From Piromyces finnis finn (Eukaryota > Fungi > Neocallimastigomycota): a stretch of 64,000 bases of DNA. The position numbers and the translations under genes were made by a program. Position 1 is the stretch's first letter. Every line of letters starts with the position of its first letter. The notes under the pieces are model-generated. The model made no database searches, was not told where the DNA came from, and saw nothing but the letters and a program-made list of their open reading frames with translations. Location of the stretch: positions 248,001-312,000 of the forward strand of contig MCFH01000027.1 of NCBI GenBank assembly GCA_002104945.1, read 5' to 3'. Positions 50,833-64,000 of this stretch are shown piece after piece.

Positions 50833-52221
50833 ATGTTATCTGTATATAAGGGATTGTTATTATTTATCTTAATAGCTAATGTTATAGCTATTCCTGTTGT
50901 TAAAAGAGAAAGCAAAGATGGAAAATCTTATATTTTTGAAACTATAAGAACTGTTCTTAATTGTATTTGTTATTACGAAGAAGGTGAAACTTTAACTAAC
51001 GGTAAGATTGACAAGTATTGTGATTGTACTCCAGAAGAAGCTCAAAATGATAAGAGTGTTGTTGATGAGGATGAAATTGAAACTAAAGTCAACAATGCCA
51101 GATATATAACAAGTCAAGGTTTTGAGGTAGAAGAAGAAGAAAATTTTAGTGATGTTCAAAGATATGGTTCAGCTGATGCTGCTTTCTTTGCTAATGTTGA
51201 AGAAAATGAAGCTAAACAAGAGCAAGAAAATTTAGAAGATGAATTAGCAATTCCATTATTTAATGGCGATGGAAAATTCATTCCAAAAGTAGATGATGGA
51301 GAAGATGTTGATATAGCACAAATGGAAGGTGACGTTATTGAAGATGTTCCAGAATATGATGACACCGATGGATTCCCAAAAGATACAAATATTAATGAAA
51401 CTAGATTTGCCCTTTCATCTGAATTAAATATTGGTATAGATAATAATGAAATTGATAACGATGAAGTTATTAATAATGAATCTGTTTATTATGATGCTAA
51501 CAATAAGGGTGATTTTGATGCCGTATTTTCTGATACTAAGTTAGTCTACAATAGCCTTCCTGATATTGATACTATTAAAAATGAAAATGAAGAAGTTGTA
51601 GATGACTTTGATGTCAAATTTTCCAACACAAGATATGTTTACAATAATCTTGATAATAACAATAACTCAAATAATGAAGAAATTATTTATGATGAAAATG
51701 GTAATCAAGTTAACTTTGAAATAGAAATGGTTGGTGAAGCTTATGAAGAAGTTGCTGCAGAAGATGAATATGATGATGATGTCCCATCAAGACCAACCAT
51801 TATTAGAGATGGAAAAAAGATTCTTGAAATGGATGAACCAATTGTTGGTGCCAATGCTAAATATGTTATTGATTACTATAATAATGAACAAGAAATTAAT
51901 GATGAAATTATTGATGAGAATATGGAATTAGATCTTGAAGAAGATTTTAATGAACAACCAGTAGTTAAAGAAGTTGACAGTGTAAACAGTAAAAATATTG
52001 TAAGCGTTGATAATAAAGCCGATAAAAACCAAGAAAAAATTACTTCAAATGATAATGATGACAAAGATGATTTAGATTTAAATGATGATGATGATATTAG
52101 ATCAATTTACAAAAAATTAGTTATTAAGAAGTTAAAGAATGATATTAAGAAAATTGATTCTGAAAAATTAATTGTTGATATTATCAAAGAAGCTCTTCAA
52201 GGTGGATCAAATAAGAAGTAA
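50833..52221 (+). CDS. Secreted acidic (D/E/N-rich) protein of unknown function, single exon
   Basis: 462-aa ORF, hydrophobic signal peptide, KR site, four N-terminal cysteines, degenerate internal repeats. Confidence 0.8.
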   Translation: MLSVYKGLLLFILIANVIAIPVVKRESKDGKSYIFETIRTVLNCICYYEEGETLTNGKIDKYCDCTPEEAQNDKSVVDEDEIETKVNNARYITSQGFEVEEEENFSDVQRYGSADAAFFANVEENEAKQEQENLEDELAIPLFNGDGKFIPKVDDGEDVDIAQMEGDVIEDVPEYDDTDGFPKDTNINETRFALSSELNIGIDNNEIDNDEVINNESVYYDANNKGDFDAVFSDTKLVYNSLPDIDTIKNENEEVVDDFDVKFSNTRYVYNNLDNNNNSNNEEIIYDENGNQVNFEIEMVGEAYEEVAAEDEYDDDVPSRPTIIRDGKKILEMDEPIVGANAKYVIDYYNNEQEINDEIIDENMELDLEEDFNEQPVVKEVDSVNSKNIVSVDNKADKNQEKITSNDNDDKDDLDLNDDDDIRSIYKKLVIKKLKNDIKKIDSEKLIVDIIKEALQGGSNKK

Positions 52222-52934
52222 ATTCCTTTAAAAAATCTTTAATTATAGAAACAAAAGTATATCTGTATATTTTTCAAAACCTTAATTTATTTATAATTAA
52301 AAATGGATATATTTCATTTAAAAAAAAAGGAATAATATGTTTATAACACTGGAATTTTTATAGTTTTATTTTTTTTACTATTATTAATATGCCAATTTTA
52401 TTTTTAATAATATTATTGTTATTTAATAGCAATTAATATTTATCCCCACTTTTATCTTATTGTGAATATTTTGTAAAAGATCAAATTATATAATATCTAT
52501 AGATAATTAATTTTTTTATCTCCTTTTTTCTAAATATACACATTAAATCTTTTTATGCCTATATATAATAAAATATTATTTTATATCTTTATAATAAAAA
52601 GTATAGATTCAATAAAGAACAATTATAATATTTATATCTAGAAAATTATAAAGTATGTATATACCATTCATGATTCTATTTAATGTGTTTTTCTTGATAA
52701 ATATATAGTAATTGAGAAGAATTTCAAATAATAAAGTTGAAAGAAGCGTATTAGATTTTTCTCTATTTATTTTTTTATATTATTATATTTTTTTTCTTCT
52801 CCATTCTTTTATTATAAGATCCTAAATCATAAAGTATTTTGGAATGTTGTAAAGAAATTCCATGATTCATACGGTAATCATCATCATTATCATTTTAGCA
52901 ACAACAACTATTAATAATTTTTTTAAAAAGTTTA

Positions 52935-52976
52935 TTATAGCATGAAAAATGTTGGATTACCTTTTTCATGCTATAA
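52935..52976. repeat. Perfect 15-bp inverted repeat with 12-nt spacer
   Basis: TTATAGCATGAAAAA-tgttggattacc-TTTTTCATGCTATAA. Confidence 0.9.
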
Positions 52977-55900
52977 CACTATAATTTCTCCATATATATA
53001 AAAATAAACCAAAACAAAATATCAATAATAATAAATGCACCAATTCTTATTGAATACTTTATTGAAATCTTTGAAAGTAATACATATTTAAAAATTATTT
53101 ATATTTATTACTTTTAAAATATCTTATATATATTATTTTTATTTACTATTTTTTTTATTAAATGTGGCTAAGAAGAATCAGATTTTTGTTAAAATATTAT
53201 TTTTTTTTTAATGTATCAGGAATAAAATATTGAATGAATAAAACGAAATTCTGCTATATATTAACATTATATAATGATTTGATTTTTATTTTATTATTAT
53301 AAATTATAAATAATCTTTGTAACCTGTATTTCAAAAAATATGACATAAAAACATTAATAGTATTCTTAATTCATGTGGAAAAGTTGATTTTTTAGAATTT
53401 TGGGATTTCCTTATTAATAATTCGATTTTAAATTATTAAAATAATAATACTTTAATTTTTTTTCATATCCTCCATATTAAATATTTTAAATATTCAAATT
53501 ACTTTAGTATTTATAATAATATCAATTATAAACCACTCTTGCATCATCAATAAATTCTTATTTTTTGTAAAAAAAAAGGAAATTTTTTTAATTTTTTACT
53601 TAGAATGGTGTAACATTAATTTTATATATACTAATTTTCTATTAATTAGTCTTCCTTTTTTGGATAAATATTTAATAAATAATTTTCTAAAAACGGTAAA
53701 ATTTTTTAAATTAAATATAAATTAAATTATTAACAATTTTTTTAGATTTTAAAAAATAAATTAATTTTACAATTTTTTAATTTAAAATTTAATTAAAAAA
53801 AAAAAGATTACATTTTTATAATAGTATTATTGTAACTATTGAAATTAATCACTATTTTTAATATATAAAAATATTAAAAAATAAAATTATTGTTATTATT
53901 TAAAATTACTAAATTTAATAAATTTAATATTTTTTTTTGAGATTTATTTTTTATGATGAAAAATGTCAAAATTAAAACAAAACACTTTATACTAGAGAAT
54001 GTTAATGATAGTTTTATAAAAAAAAAGTGAAGAATGCAATATACATAAATAATAAATAGTTAATAAATTTATTGTACTTTTTCATTATCTTAACTACTAT
54101 TTATATTATATTATATTATACTATATTATACTATCTTACTGTATACAAAATTTTGATCATCTAAATAATTGATTTAAATATTATAAAGTTTATTAAAATA
54201 AGAATCAATCTTTATATCATATTTCTTTTTCTTTTTTAAAATTATATAAAATGAAAAAATAAATTATGAAAAAATGATCATTTTTAATAGTAAAAAGACT
54301 TTTATGAACTGTAGATAAAGGGTTTTGATATAACTATCTTTTTATGCCATGCTAAATATTATTTTAATTCATATAATTATTATGAAAGAAATGTAAAAGT
54401 ATATCCATTGATTACGGAATATATTAATATATTATAAATAATAATCAATATATTTATATTATATATTTATTATATTTAGTATATTGGTTTTTTATATTTT
54501 ATGTATTTATTATATTATTATGTACTATAGTTTTTTGAATTTTATATATTGATATGTATATTAATTTGTATGTATTAATATATATTAAAATTTTAATACA
54601 TCTTTGTAACATTCAAACTTTATTTATTAATCATTTTTAAATTACCATTCTTTCATGATGCGGTATATTAGTAATATTCAATTTAATTTATATTAATATT
54701 AGGAATTTATATTAAAATATAAATCTAATTATATAGTTTTTTGAACTTTAATTAATAATAAACACATATTAATAATATATATTTAAATTAATTTTTGTAT
54801 ATATTGTTTTATATTCAATTTTACAATATATCATTAATATACTATTACTATATTATGTATAAATAATTTTATATTAATTGTTCATATTAATTAATCTAAA
54901 TTAATTTTCCATATATATAATAATATAATAGAAGAAATAAATAATATAAATAATTATATGAAAATAATGTATTAAATATTATATTATTTATTATTTAATA
55001 ATATTATAATACATTTTTAATTCAATCGTTAATGTATTTGAATAAAGTTGTATTACAATAATAATTCAATTTTATATTATATTTCTATATTTAATTTTTT
55101 CTTTTTTTTTTCTTTTCTTTTTATGCTATTTCTTTTTAAGATTTATTTTAATAATATTTTTGATTTTATATTTATTACCCTTTTTCATGTAATTTATTTT
55201 ATATTAAGTATTATTATTATTTTCTTCTTCTCCGAATACCTTTTTAATTTTTTTTTATTATAATTATTTATTCATTTTTTTTAATGTTTATCTTTTGGCA
55301 CATTTATTAAAAATCAAACCTAAATTAATATAAAAATAATTTTTTTTTTGGTTCAATGCTCAATTCTAATTATTAATAAAATTTTTTTTCTTCTTTTTTT
55401 TTTAATATTATTAAAAAAAAAATATTAAAAGATATATAAATAAAAAATTTTCTTTTTTTTTTTTTTCCTCGTTTTAACTTTTTATCCTTTTTTAATTCCT
55501 ATTCTTTTTTTTTTTTTTAAAAAGAAATTAAAACTAAAAAAAAAGAGACAATTAAAATTAATATTAAAAAGAAAACTTTTAATTATCATTTATTTAAATT
55601 TATATAAATGTTGATTTTTAATTGAATCTTTTCTTTATATTTAACATTATTTTTAAAAATAAAACCAAATATTTGAATTACAACACTACACACAAAAAAT
55701 ACCTATTAAAATCAAACTAACAATAAATATTTGTATATATACATAATAGAACAAAATAGAAATAAGAAAAACAGCAATTGAATTATGCAAAATAAATATT
55801 TAAATAATTAAAATTTAATTAAAAAATTAATAATTAAATTTTTTTAGTACAATTAAATAATATTAAGTAATATCAATTATTAATAGTTATAATAATAATA

Positions 55901-56079
55901 ATAATAAAAAAAGAAAAATTTTTTTGATATATTTTTAAATTAAAAAGATATTTTCTACCATTTTTCTTTCACAAAGGAAATAATAATATCTTTTTAATAA
56001 ATCACAATTCAAACAAATTATTTTATATAAAGTAGCAACCATTAAATATTTTTATTGAAAATATATAAATTATACCACA

Positions 56080-57350
56080 ATGGAATACTTTGGAATTGAT
56101 GAGAAAGTTTTATATCCAAGTTCCTCTTTTCTTAGTAATGATAGTAGTATAATGGTAAATATATTATTAATAATATATTCAAAGATAAATTATATATTAA
56201 TTTTATAAATTTATTTATTTTTTTTTAAATTTTTTAGGAATCAAAACCAAAAAGAAGTTTGGGTAAATTAAGAGGAAGTGTAAAAGAAAAAAAAGATAAG
56301 AGTAAAAAAGGAACAAATGAAGCTAATACTACAACAAATCAATTAAGAAGAAATTTATCAAAGAAAAAGGTCGAAAGACCAGCCACTACAATTATTCGAA
56401 AAGAAGTTAATGCAATGTGGAATGAGGCATTAAAGGAAGAAAGAAATTATATTCGTGAACATTCTCCAGATAGAGTATCAAGAATTACTACTCTTTCTAA
56501 TGTTCAAGGTCTTAATGGAAATAAACGTTATCAAGAACCACAAAGTTTTGGTAAGAGAACAAATATGAATCTTGATTTTAGTATACCAATGCCATATGAA
56601 AAGAAAAAGGGTACATTATTCCGTAATTCAAATGGTAATAGAAGAAAGATATTTAGTAAAACATGGTGGTCTAATGTTCCAATCGGTGCTTATTTATTCT
56701 TCCTTGGTTTTCTTTTCCCACCATTATGGTATGTTGGTGCTATTTGTAGATTTAGAAAAGATAACACAGTAGAAGCAGAAATTGAACGTTCAAAATCAAA
56801 AAAAAATATTAAAAAATCATCAACAAAAGATGTTAATCGTGAATGGAGAAGTAAAATTAACAAAAATAAAACAAATAATGGCAATATCAATCAAAGTCAT
56901 GTTGAATTTAGTAATATTGAAGATCCAGAAAATAGTGAATCATGGAATTGGGGTATGGGAGGTGTTGGTGAACCAGAAGCTATTAATGTGAATTTTATGT
57001 CTGGTATCGAAGAATTTGAAAAACATAAACTTGCTGAAAATGAAAAATGGTGGAGAAAAATAAACATTTTAATGAGTGTATTATTTACCTTGTTTATTTT
57101 AGGTATTTTAGTTATTAAAAGAAAACAAATCTTTGGTGGTAATGATAGTTCCTCTACTTCTTCAAATAACAATTCCTACAGTACATTAAATGGTAACTTT
57201 AAAGGTAATAATGAAAATAATGGAGGGGTTATTTCAAGTTCATCCAATGATAATCTTGATAATAATAATAATTCTTCAAACAACTCTTCAAATAAAATAC
57301 CTCTTAATAATTTTGGTAGAGATGGAAATGGTGGTGAATTAGTCGATTAA
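56080..57350 (+). CDS. Two-exon membrane protein with LFFLGFLFPPLWY motif and a second C-terminal TM segment
   Basis: Exon 1 MEYFGIDE..SSIM|gtaaat; acceptor ttttag|GAA joins in frame to the 56259-57350 ORF; basic N-terminus, EKWWRKINILMS before TM2. Confidence 0.8.
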
Positions 57351-57884
57351 ATTTAATATCTTTTCATCTTTCCTATCTAATTTATATCTACTATCTCTAT
57401 TTAATTTATGATATATATTCCTATATGAAAACAAAAATAATAACAAAAAAAGAAAAATTCTAAAATAAAGTTTAGATTAACTTTTTATCATCATATGTCA
57501 TATGAATATAGAAAATACAAATGCTATTATTAATTTTTTTATTTATTTATTTTTTTTTACAAAAAAAAAAAAAAAAGAAAAAAATTAAAATACAAAGAAA
57601 AAAAGAAAGAAATTAAGCAAATATTAAATTATATATAGGTTTTTTTTTTTTTTTTACACAATGACATATAAAATTTAATTTTTTCATTAAATAATATATA
57701 TATTGTTAATAAATGTACATTTCTTTATATCAAACTTTTTGTTTTTAAAAACTTTTCAATTATTATTTATTTGTAAATAATAATAATATACAAATTCATA
57801 AATATTTTTGAAATTAAATAAAAATAGAATAAAAAATGAAAAATTAGAAAAACATACTAATATTAAATAAATAAATTTAAACAA

Positions 57885-60406
57885 TTAGTTACAAGTATTA
57901 GAATTTTTAGTATCAATGGAAGTAGAATTTGAAATATATGTATTAGTTTTTTCAATTTGACATTCATTACTATTAACATTTTTTGATGATGATTTTATTG
58001 AATTCATTTTTTCAACTATTTTTGTGTAACCCATTTTAGTTAGTTTTAAAGGAATAAATTCTTTAAGGTCTTCAGAATTAGCATTAGTGAGACTTGGACT
58101 TATCATTACAAAGATTATTCTACATCCAACCAACATATAGATACATATCAAGGTAACGACGCAATTAATAAGAGTAATTAATACAAAGTTTCTACCATAA
58201 TGATCAGAGGATAAATAAATTAGCAATTCTTCTAGTGTATAGTCTAACACATTTATAACAAAAACCAAATAAATATAACTGATATCACCAAACTTTCTTG
58301 AATTTTTTCCAACAATTATAATGAAAAAAATTAATAGATAAGACTATTTATAATAATAATAATAATAATAATGATAATAATAATAAATAAATAAATAAAT
58401 AAATAAATAAATTTATGTTAGAAAATGTTAATGATATTTTTTTTTTAATTTTCTATTTATTATTATTATAATAATAATAATAATAATAATATATATATAT
58501 ATATATAACTTACTATTCCATGCAAATAATATTCATAAACATAATGATCATAATCATAAGCATTATATTCATACATAGGGAAACGTGCAGTTAAAATATC
58601 TCCATATGACATATAATAAACATTATCGATAAATGCAATTATTGTTCTGTAGATGGTTGTTGCCAAAAAAATTCCAAAAAATAATAAAAGTAAACGTTTA
58701 TTACTCAAAGATTTTGAAATTACAAGTTTTGAATTAAAAATTCTATATATACGATAGGTGATAATAAACATTGGAATATAAATACAACAATATTTAATGG
58801 TTGTAAAAACAATGAATAATCTAGCTTTTAAAATGAAATAAGGTGGTAAACGAATTACTATTGAAATGATATTTAAAATGCATCCAAAAACAACAATATT
58901 ACAAAATAAAGGTGATACTACTTTTATATAAGGATGTTCTTTGTATTTATATATATAATACATAACCAAAAAACCAATAATAGTAGATATGATTGTAATA
59001 ATACAAGAAAGTACGGCACTAATACCCAAATTTGATGAAATAAGTTCTTTAATATTTTTAAAAATATATATAGTATTATCAATATCATTATATTCAATAT
59101 TGTCTCTTAGAGCCTGTGGTAATAAATATTCTATTTCAAAAAAGGATGGACTATATTTACTTTCAAATGTATCTTTCATATATAATCTATTCATTTTTTC
59201 TATCACATCACATAAATTATTTTCAGATTCACAGTAAGATTTAATATGTGAATCCCTTTCCTTTTTGGTAAGATCAAAGGTTGGAATGGTACCAAGATGT
59301 TCTGCTCTATATATTTGCATTTCTTTAGAAGTGAGTTCTTTAACAACAGCAGATAGAATTTCCGGATTCAATTGCGTTTCCTTATTCACTACTAAATATT
59401 TTTCTGTGAGTGTAGTGATATATTTTGGTGGGAGTATTGATAAAATATTTTCACCATCATTTAAAAAAGAATTGAAGGAAGCTTTTGATTTAAAGAAAGC
59501 ACTTTCATTATCTAAAAAGGAATAAAAGGCTTCATCTTGGAGTAAATAGAGTGAATTTTCTACATCTTGATCGGAAAGAGACATAATAAAATCAAAAAAT
59601 GTGTTAAAAAAACCATTGGCAGTTTCATTATAAAAGGCATTAAAAAAATTTGGATCATATTCTTTTGTAATATTCATATGATTATAAGCATACTCTATCA
59701 TAAAACTTAACATATCATCATCATCACTAAGAGATAAAACCATTGGATGGGATGGTTCTTCTTTTATATTATCTAAAAGATCATTCCAAGTTATTGTTTT
59801 CATTTTATCTGCTAATCTTTTTATTTTGTCATCACCGGCATTATAATAGAGAAGATCAAAATCTATTTCATAAGGAATACCATATAAATGATCTTTATAA
59901 TATCCATCCTTTAAAACTTTAGGATCATGATAATCGATATCCTTTTCATTCATATATGAAGAAAGATCCAACAAAAGTTCAAGAGATGGTTTTAAAATAT
60001 AAAAAAAATATTCAATCATTTCTGTTTCGGTCAAAGCAATATCATTATATAGAATTCGATCATCAATAACCATCATATCATATTTATTTTTTCTAAAACC
60101 CTCAATAACATTTTCCTCGTAGTTTGAATAATCATTTGCACCATAATACCATTTACAATAACGGCAGGAAGTATTAAAATAATCATAAAAATCTATTGAT
60201 ATGTCAATATCTTTAAATATTGGGTTTTCTTTACTTTTTTCGATAAAATAGGCATTAGTTAAAGACTTATAATTATTTTCCCATTCTTTCGGTAATATAG
60301 CACCAGACATATCTGATTTTTTCATTAATATTCTAATTTCAGTTTTGCTTCCATGAATCGAATTGATAAATCCAAACAGGATTACTATAATCAATAATCT
60401 AAACAT
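57885..60406 (-). CDS. Class C-like GPCR with N-terminal bacterial-type sugar solute-binding domain; 2 exons, possible 1-nt indel at start of exon 2
   Basis: Signal peptide; SBP motifs LLLDLSSY, DHLYGIPYEIDFDLLYYN; TM helices with HPYIKVVSPLFCNIVVFG, ITYRIYRIF, KFGD; donor ATA|gtaagt at 58513. Confidence 0.85.
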
Positions 60407-61022
60407 TTTGTTAAAAATTAATTAGTTTATTCTTCTTATTATTATTTTATTTTATTTTATTTTAAAATAGAAAAAAAAAAAAGAAAATAAAATAAATAAA
60501 AATTTTTTAAAAAATTTTGTATTTTATCCATTATATATTAATTTCAAATATTTAGGATGAATATAGTGGAAAAAGAATTACCACACTATAATTATTCAAA
60601 GAATCATAATTTTTATTTTGTATACCTAAAGAGGGAAAAATAGTATAATTATTAAAAATAAAGTTTTTTTTTATTAAAAATAAAGTTTTTTTTTATTAAA
60701 AATTTAAAACATTTAAAAATGCTAAAAAACTTTTTAATAATTTACATATGATATTAAGATTATCCTTTTTTCTCTTATATATAGGGAAAAACATATTAAA
60801 AATATAGTTTATTTTTCACAAAAATAATAATGTGATATTGAAATAGTTATTTTCTATATTCTTTTTTTCTTTTTTATTTTATTCGATAAAAATAATTAAT
60901 TTTAAATACATTATAGTTCTAATATAAGTATTGGATTTTAATTTTTTTTATCATATATTTTGTAAATTATAAAATTATAAGAAAAACATAATAAGCTGAA
61001 AAATATTAATTATTGATAAATA

Positions 61023-62046
61023 ATGAATCTCTTTAAAGATAACAGTAAATTATTTTTTTTAACATGTCTTCCAGATAATATATCCGCTATAATTTCAGTT
61101 TTTTTAATGATGGTAAATATTGAAGGAAAAAATTAATATAAATACAATTTAAATTTCATCACTAATATATTGAACAATTGGGCTATTTGTATATATTTAT
61201 TTTAAAAAGGGAGTATGTATAGTCTCCTATCATATGAATAGAATGATTGATGTACTTGTTGGTGAATTTGTAACTAATGGTTCAAAATTTTCATTAATCA
61301 TGATAAGTATATCATTTTTGGCTTTTCTTATTGGAATTTTAATAGTAAATTTTCCATCTATTTTTTATTTTTACTTTGAAAATATAAATAAAATATTTAA
61401 CTAATGATTTTTTTTTTATTTTAAAAAATGATATGAATAAAAACATCTTTTCATTAATGATAATAATTTTTATTAAGGAAAAGAAGAAAAAAATAATATT
61501 TCTATTAAAACAATTAACAAGCATTTTGATTCTATATATCTTTATTGGTTTCTCATGTTTTTATTACAATTTATTATCATTAGTCGCAAGTAATGACTAT
61601 CGTGATGAATATAATGTACATTATTACTATGCCGACATATACATAGAAGATCATCCTGATGAAGACTATGATGATATAGTAAAATATTACAAAAAAAAGT
61701 TATATCTTGAATCTTTATTACATGTAGTATCATTAGCAATTTTAGTAAGTAGAAAATTTATATAATTTATATTCTAAAAATTCCTTTTAGAAATATATAA
61801 AATAATAATAGTTATTGATTTTTAATAAAATTAATCCTTTTTATTCTTTTTTTTTTTTTCTTTAAAAAAATATATATATATATATAGGTATATTATTATA
61901 ATGTAACAACAGTATTTATTAACAAAAAAGAAAAGGAATACAATGGAGAAAATGAAATATTATTTGAAAAATTTAATTCATCAAATAGGAATAGTAATAT
62001 TAATTCCAATATTACTACTAATGAAACAGCAACTAATACTAAATAA
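61023..62046 (+). CDS. Small multi-exon multi-pass membrane protein, unknown function
   Basis: Exons MNLFKDNSKLFFLTCLPDNISAIISVFLMM|gt; ..FSLIMISISFLAFLIGILI|gt; 61433-61765 core ending LAIL|gtaagt; last exon ag|VYYYNVTT..ATNTK*. Internal junctions approximate. Confidence 0.55.
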
Positions 62047-62742
62047 ATTTTCTTGAAATTTTTTGATTTAATTTCATGTATAAAATATATGAATATAGGC
62101 ATTAATATTTTTAAAAAAATAAATTATTAAATTATTTATTATAATATTAATAATATTTATAATTTTAAAACTTTTTATTAATTATTATGATAATAAAACA
62201 AATCACTATTTTATAATGAATTCTTTTTTACACACACTTTTGGTTATTAATTTATTTAAGATAAATATACTAAAATATTAATATAATAACTTTTATATAG
62301 TATGCATCCTTTTTAACCCTTTTTTATATATTTATATCTTTATTGTAATTATATGAAAAATAAAAAGAGAAAAAATAATTTTTTAATAAAGTTATTTTAT
62401 TTATTTATTATATACAATTTAATTCATTATTTATATAATATAATGGTGATGAAATAAATATAAATATTTTAAAGAAAAAAAAATTCTATATATATAAATA
62501 GTCATACTAACGAATTAATTATAATAATTTATAATTTATATATAAAAAGTATAAGAAAATAAAAAAAATCATAACGTATGTCTTTATGTTTTCATTATAA
62601 TATTTCATAATTTCGTTAGAAAATATAAAGGAATATAGATCATTAAAAATTAGTAAATTTTAAATATTATATAAGATAATTTTAAAATTTTATATTATAA
62701 AATATATTTAATAATATGTAATAAAAAAGTCTTTTTTTTATT

Positions 62743-64000
<1,258 letters not shown>

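Noticed and set aside
50833-52221. Fungal cellulosome scaffoldin
   Set aside because: Small, repeats too degenerate and no C-terminal anchor; cannot be supported without an HMM search.

Overview
Extremely AT-rich, intron-rich eukaryotic DNA. The dockerin (CBM10)-bearing GH6 enzymes, the solute-binding-protein/GPCR fusion and the poly-Asn proteins point to an anaerobic gut fungus (Neocallimastigomycota); this is inferred, not proven. Left to right: three intronless GH6 cellobiohydrolase genes, two forming an inverted pair with virtually identical coding sequence but unrelated flanks; a complete single-ORF LINE (10538-16225) with 12-bp TSD, poly(A) tail and structured 124-bp tandem monomers at its 5' end; a decayed fragment of a related LINE; an AT-hook/Asn-rich gene; SCYL1/CEX1; a HINT3-like gene; a TmcB-like polytopic membrane gene; and a secreted HEXXH protein. 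Next comes a young, non-coding Copia-derived LTR element (43480-48174; 217-bp TG..TA LTRs with 1 mismatch, GAAAT TSD) nested in an older Copia remnant. It has a PBS complementary to the anticodon arm of tRNA-Lys(CUU). It carries a ~540-nt densely structured candidate RNA (three covarying hairpins with the same GCGUGAAA loop) and a decayed intronless seryl-tRNA synthetase retrocopy. The right end holds an acidic secreted protein, membrane proteins and an SBP-class C GPCR. Exon structures, alignments and RNA folds were done by eye and need computational confirmation.
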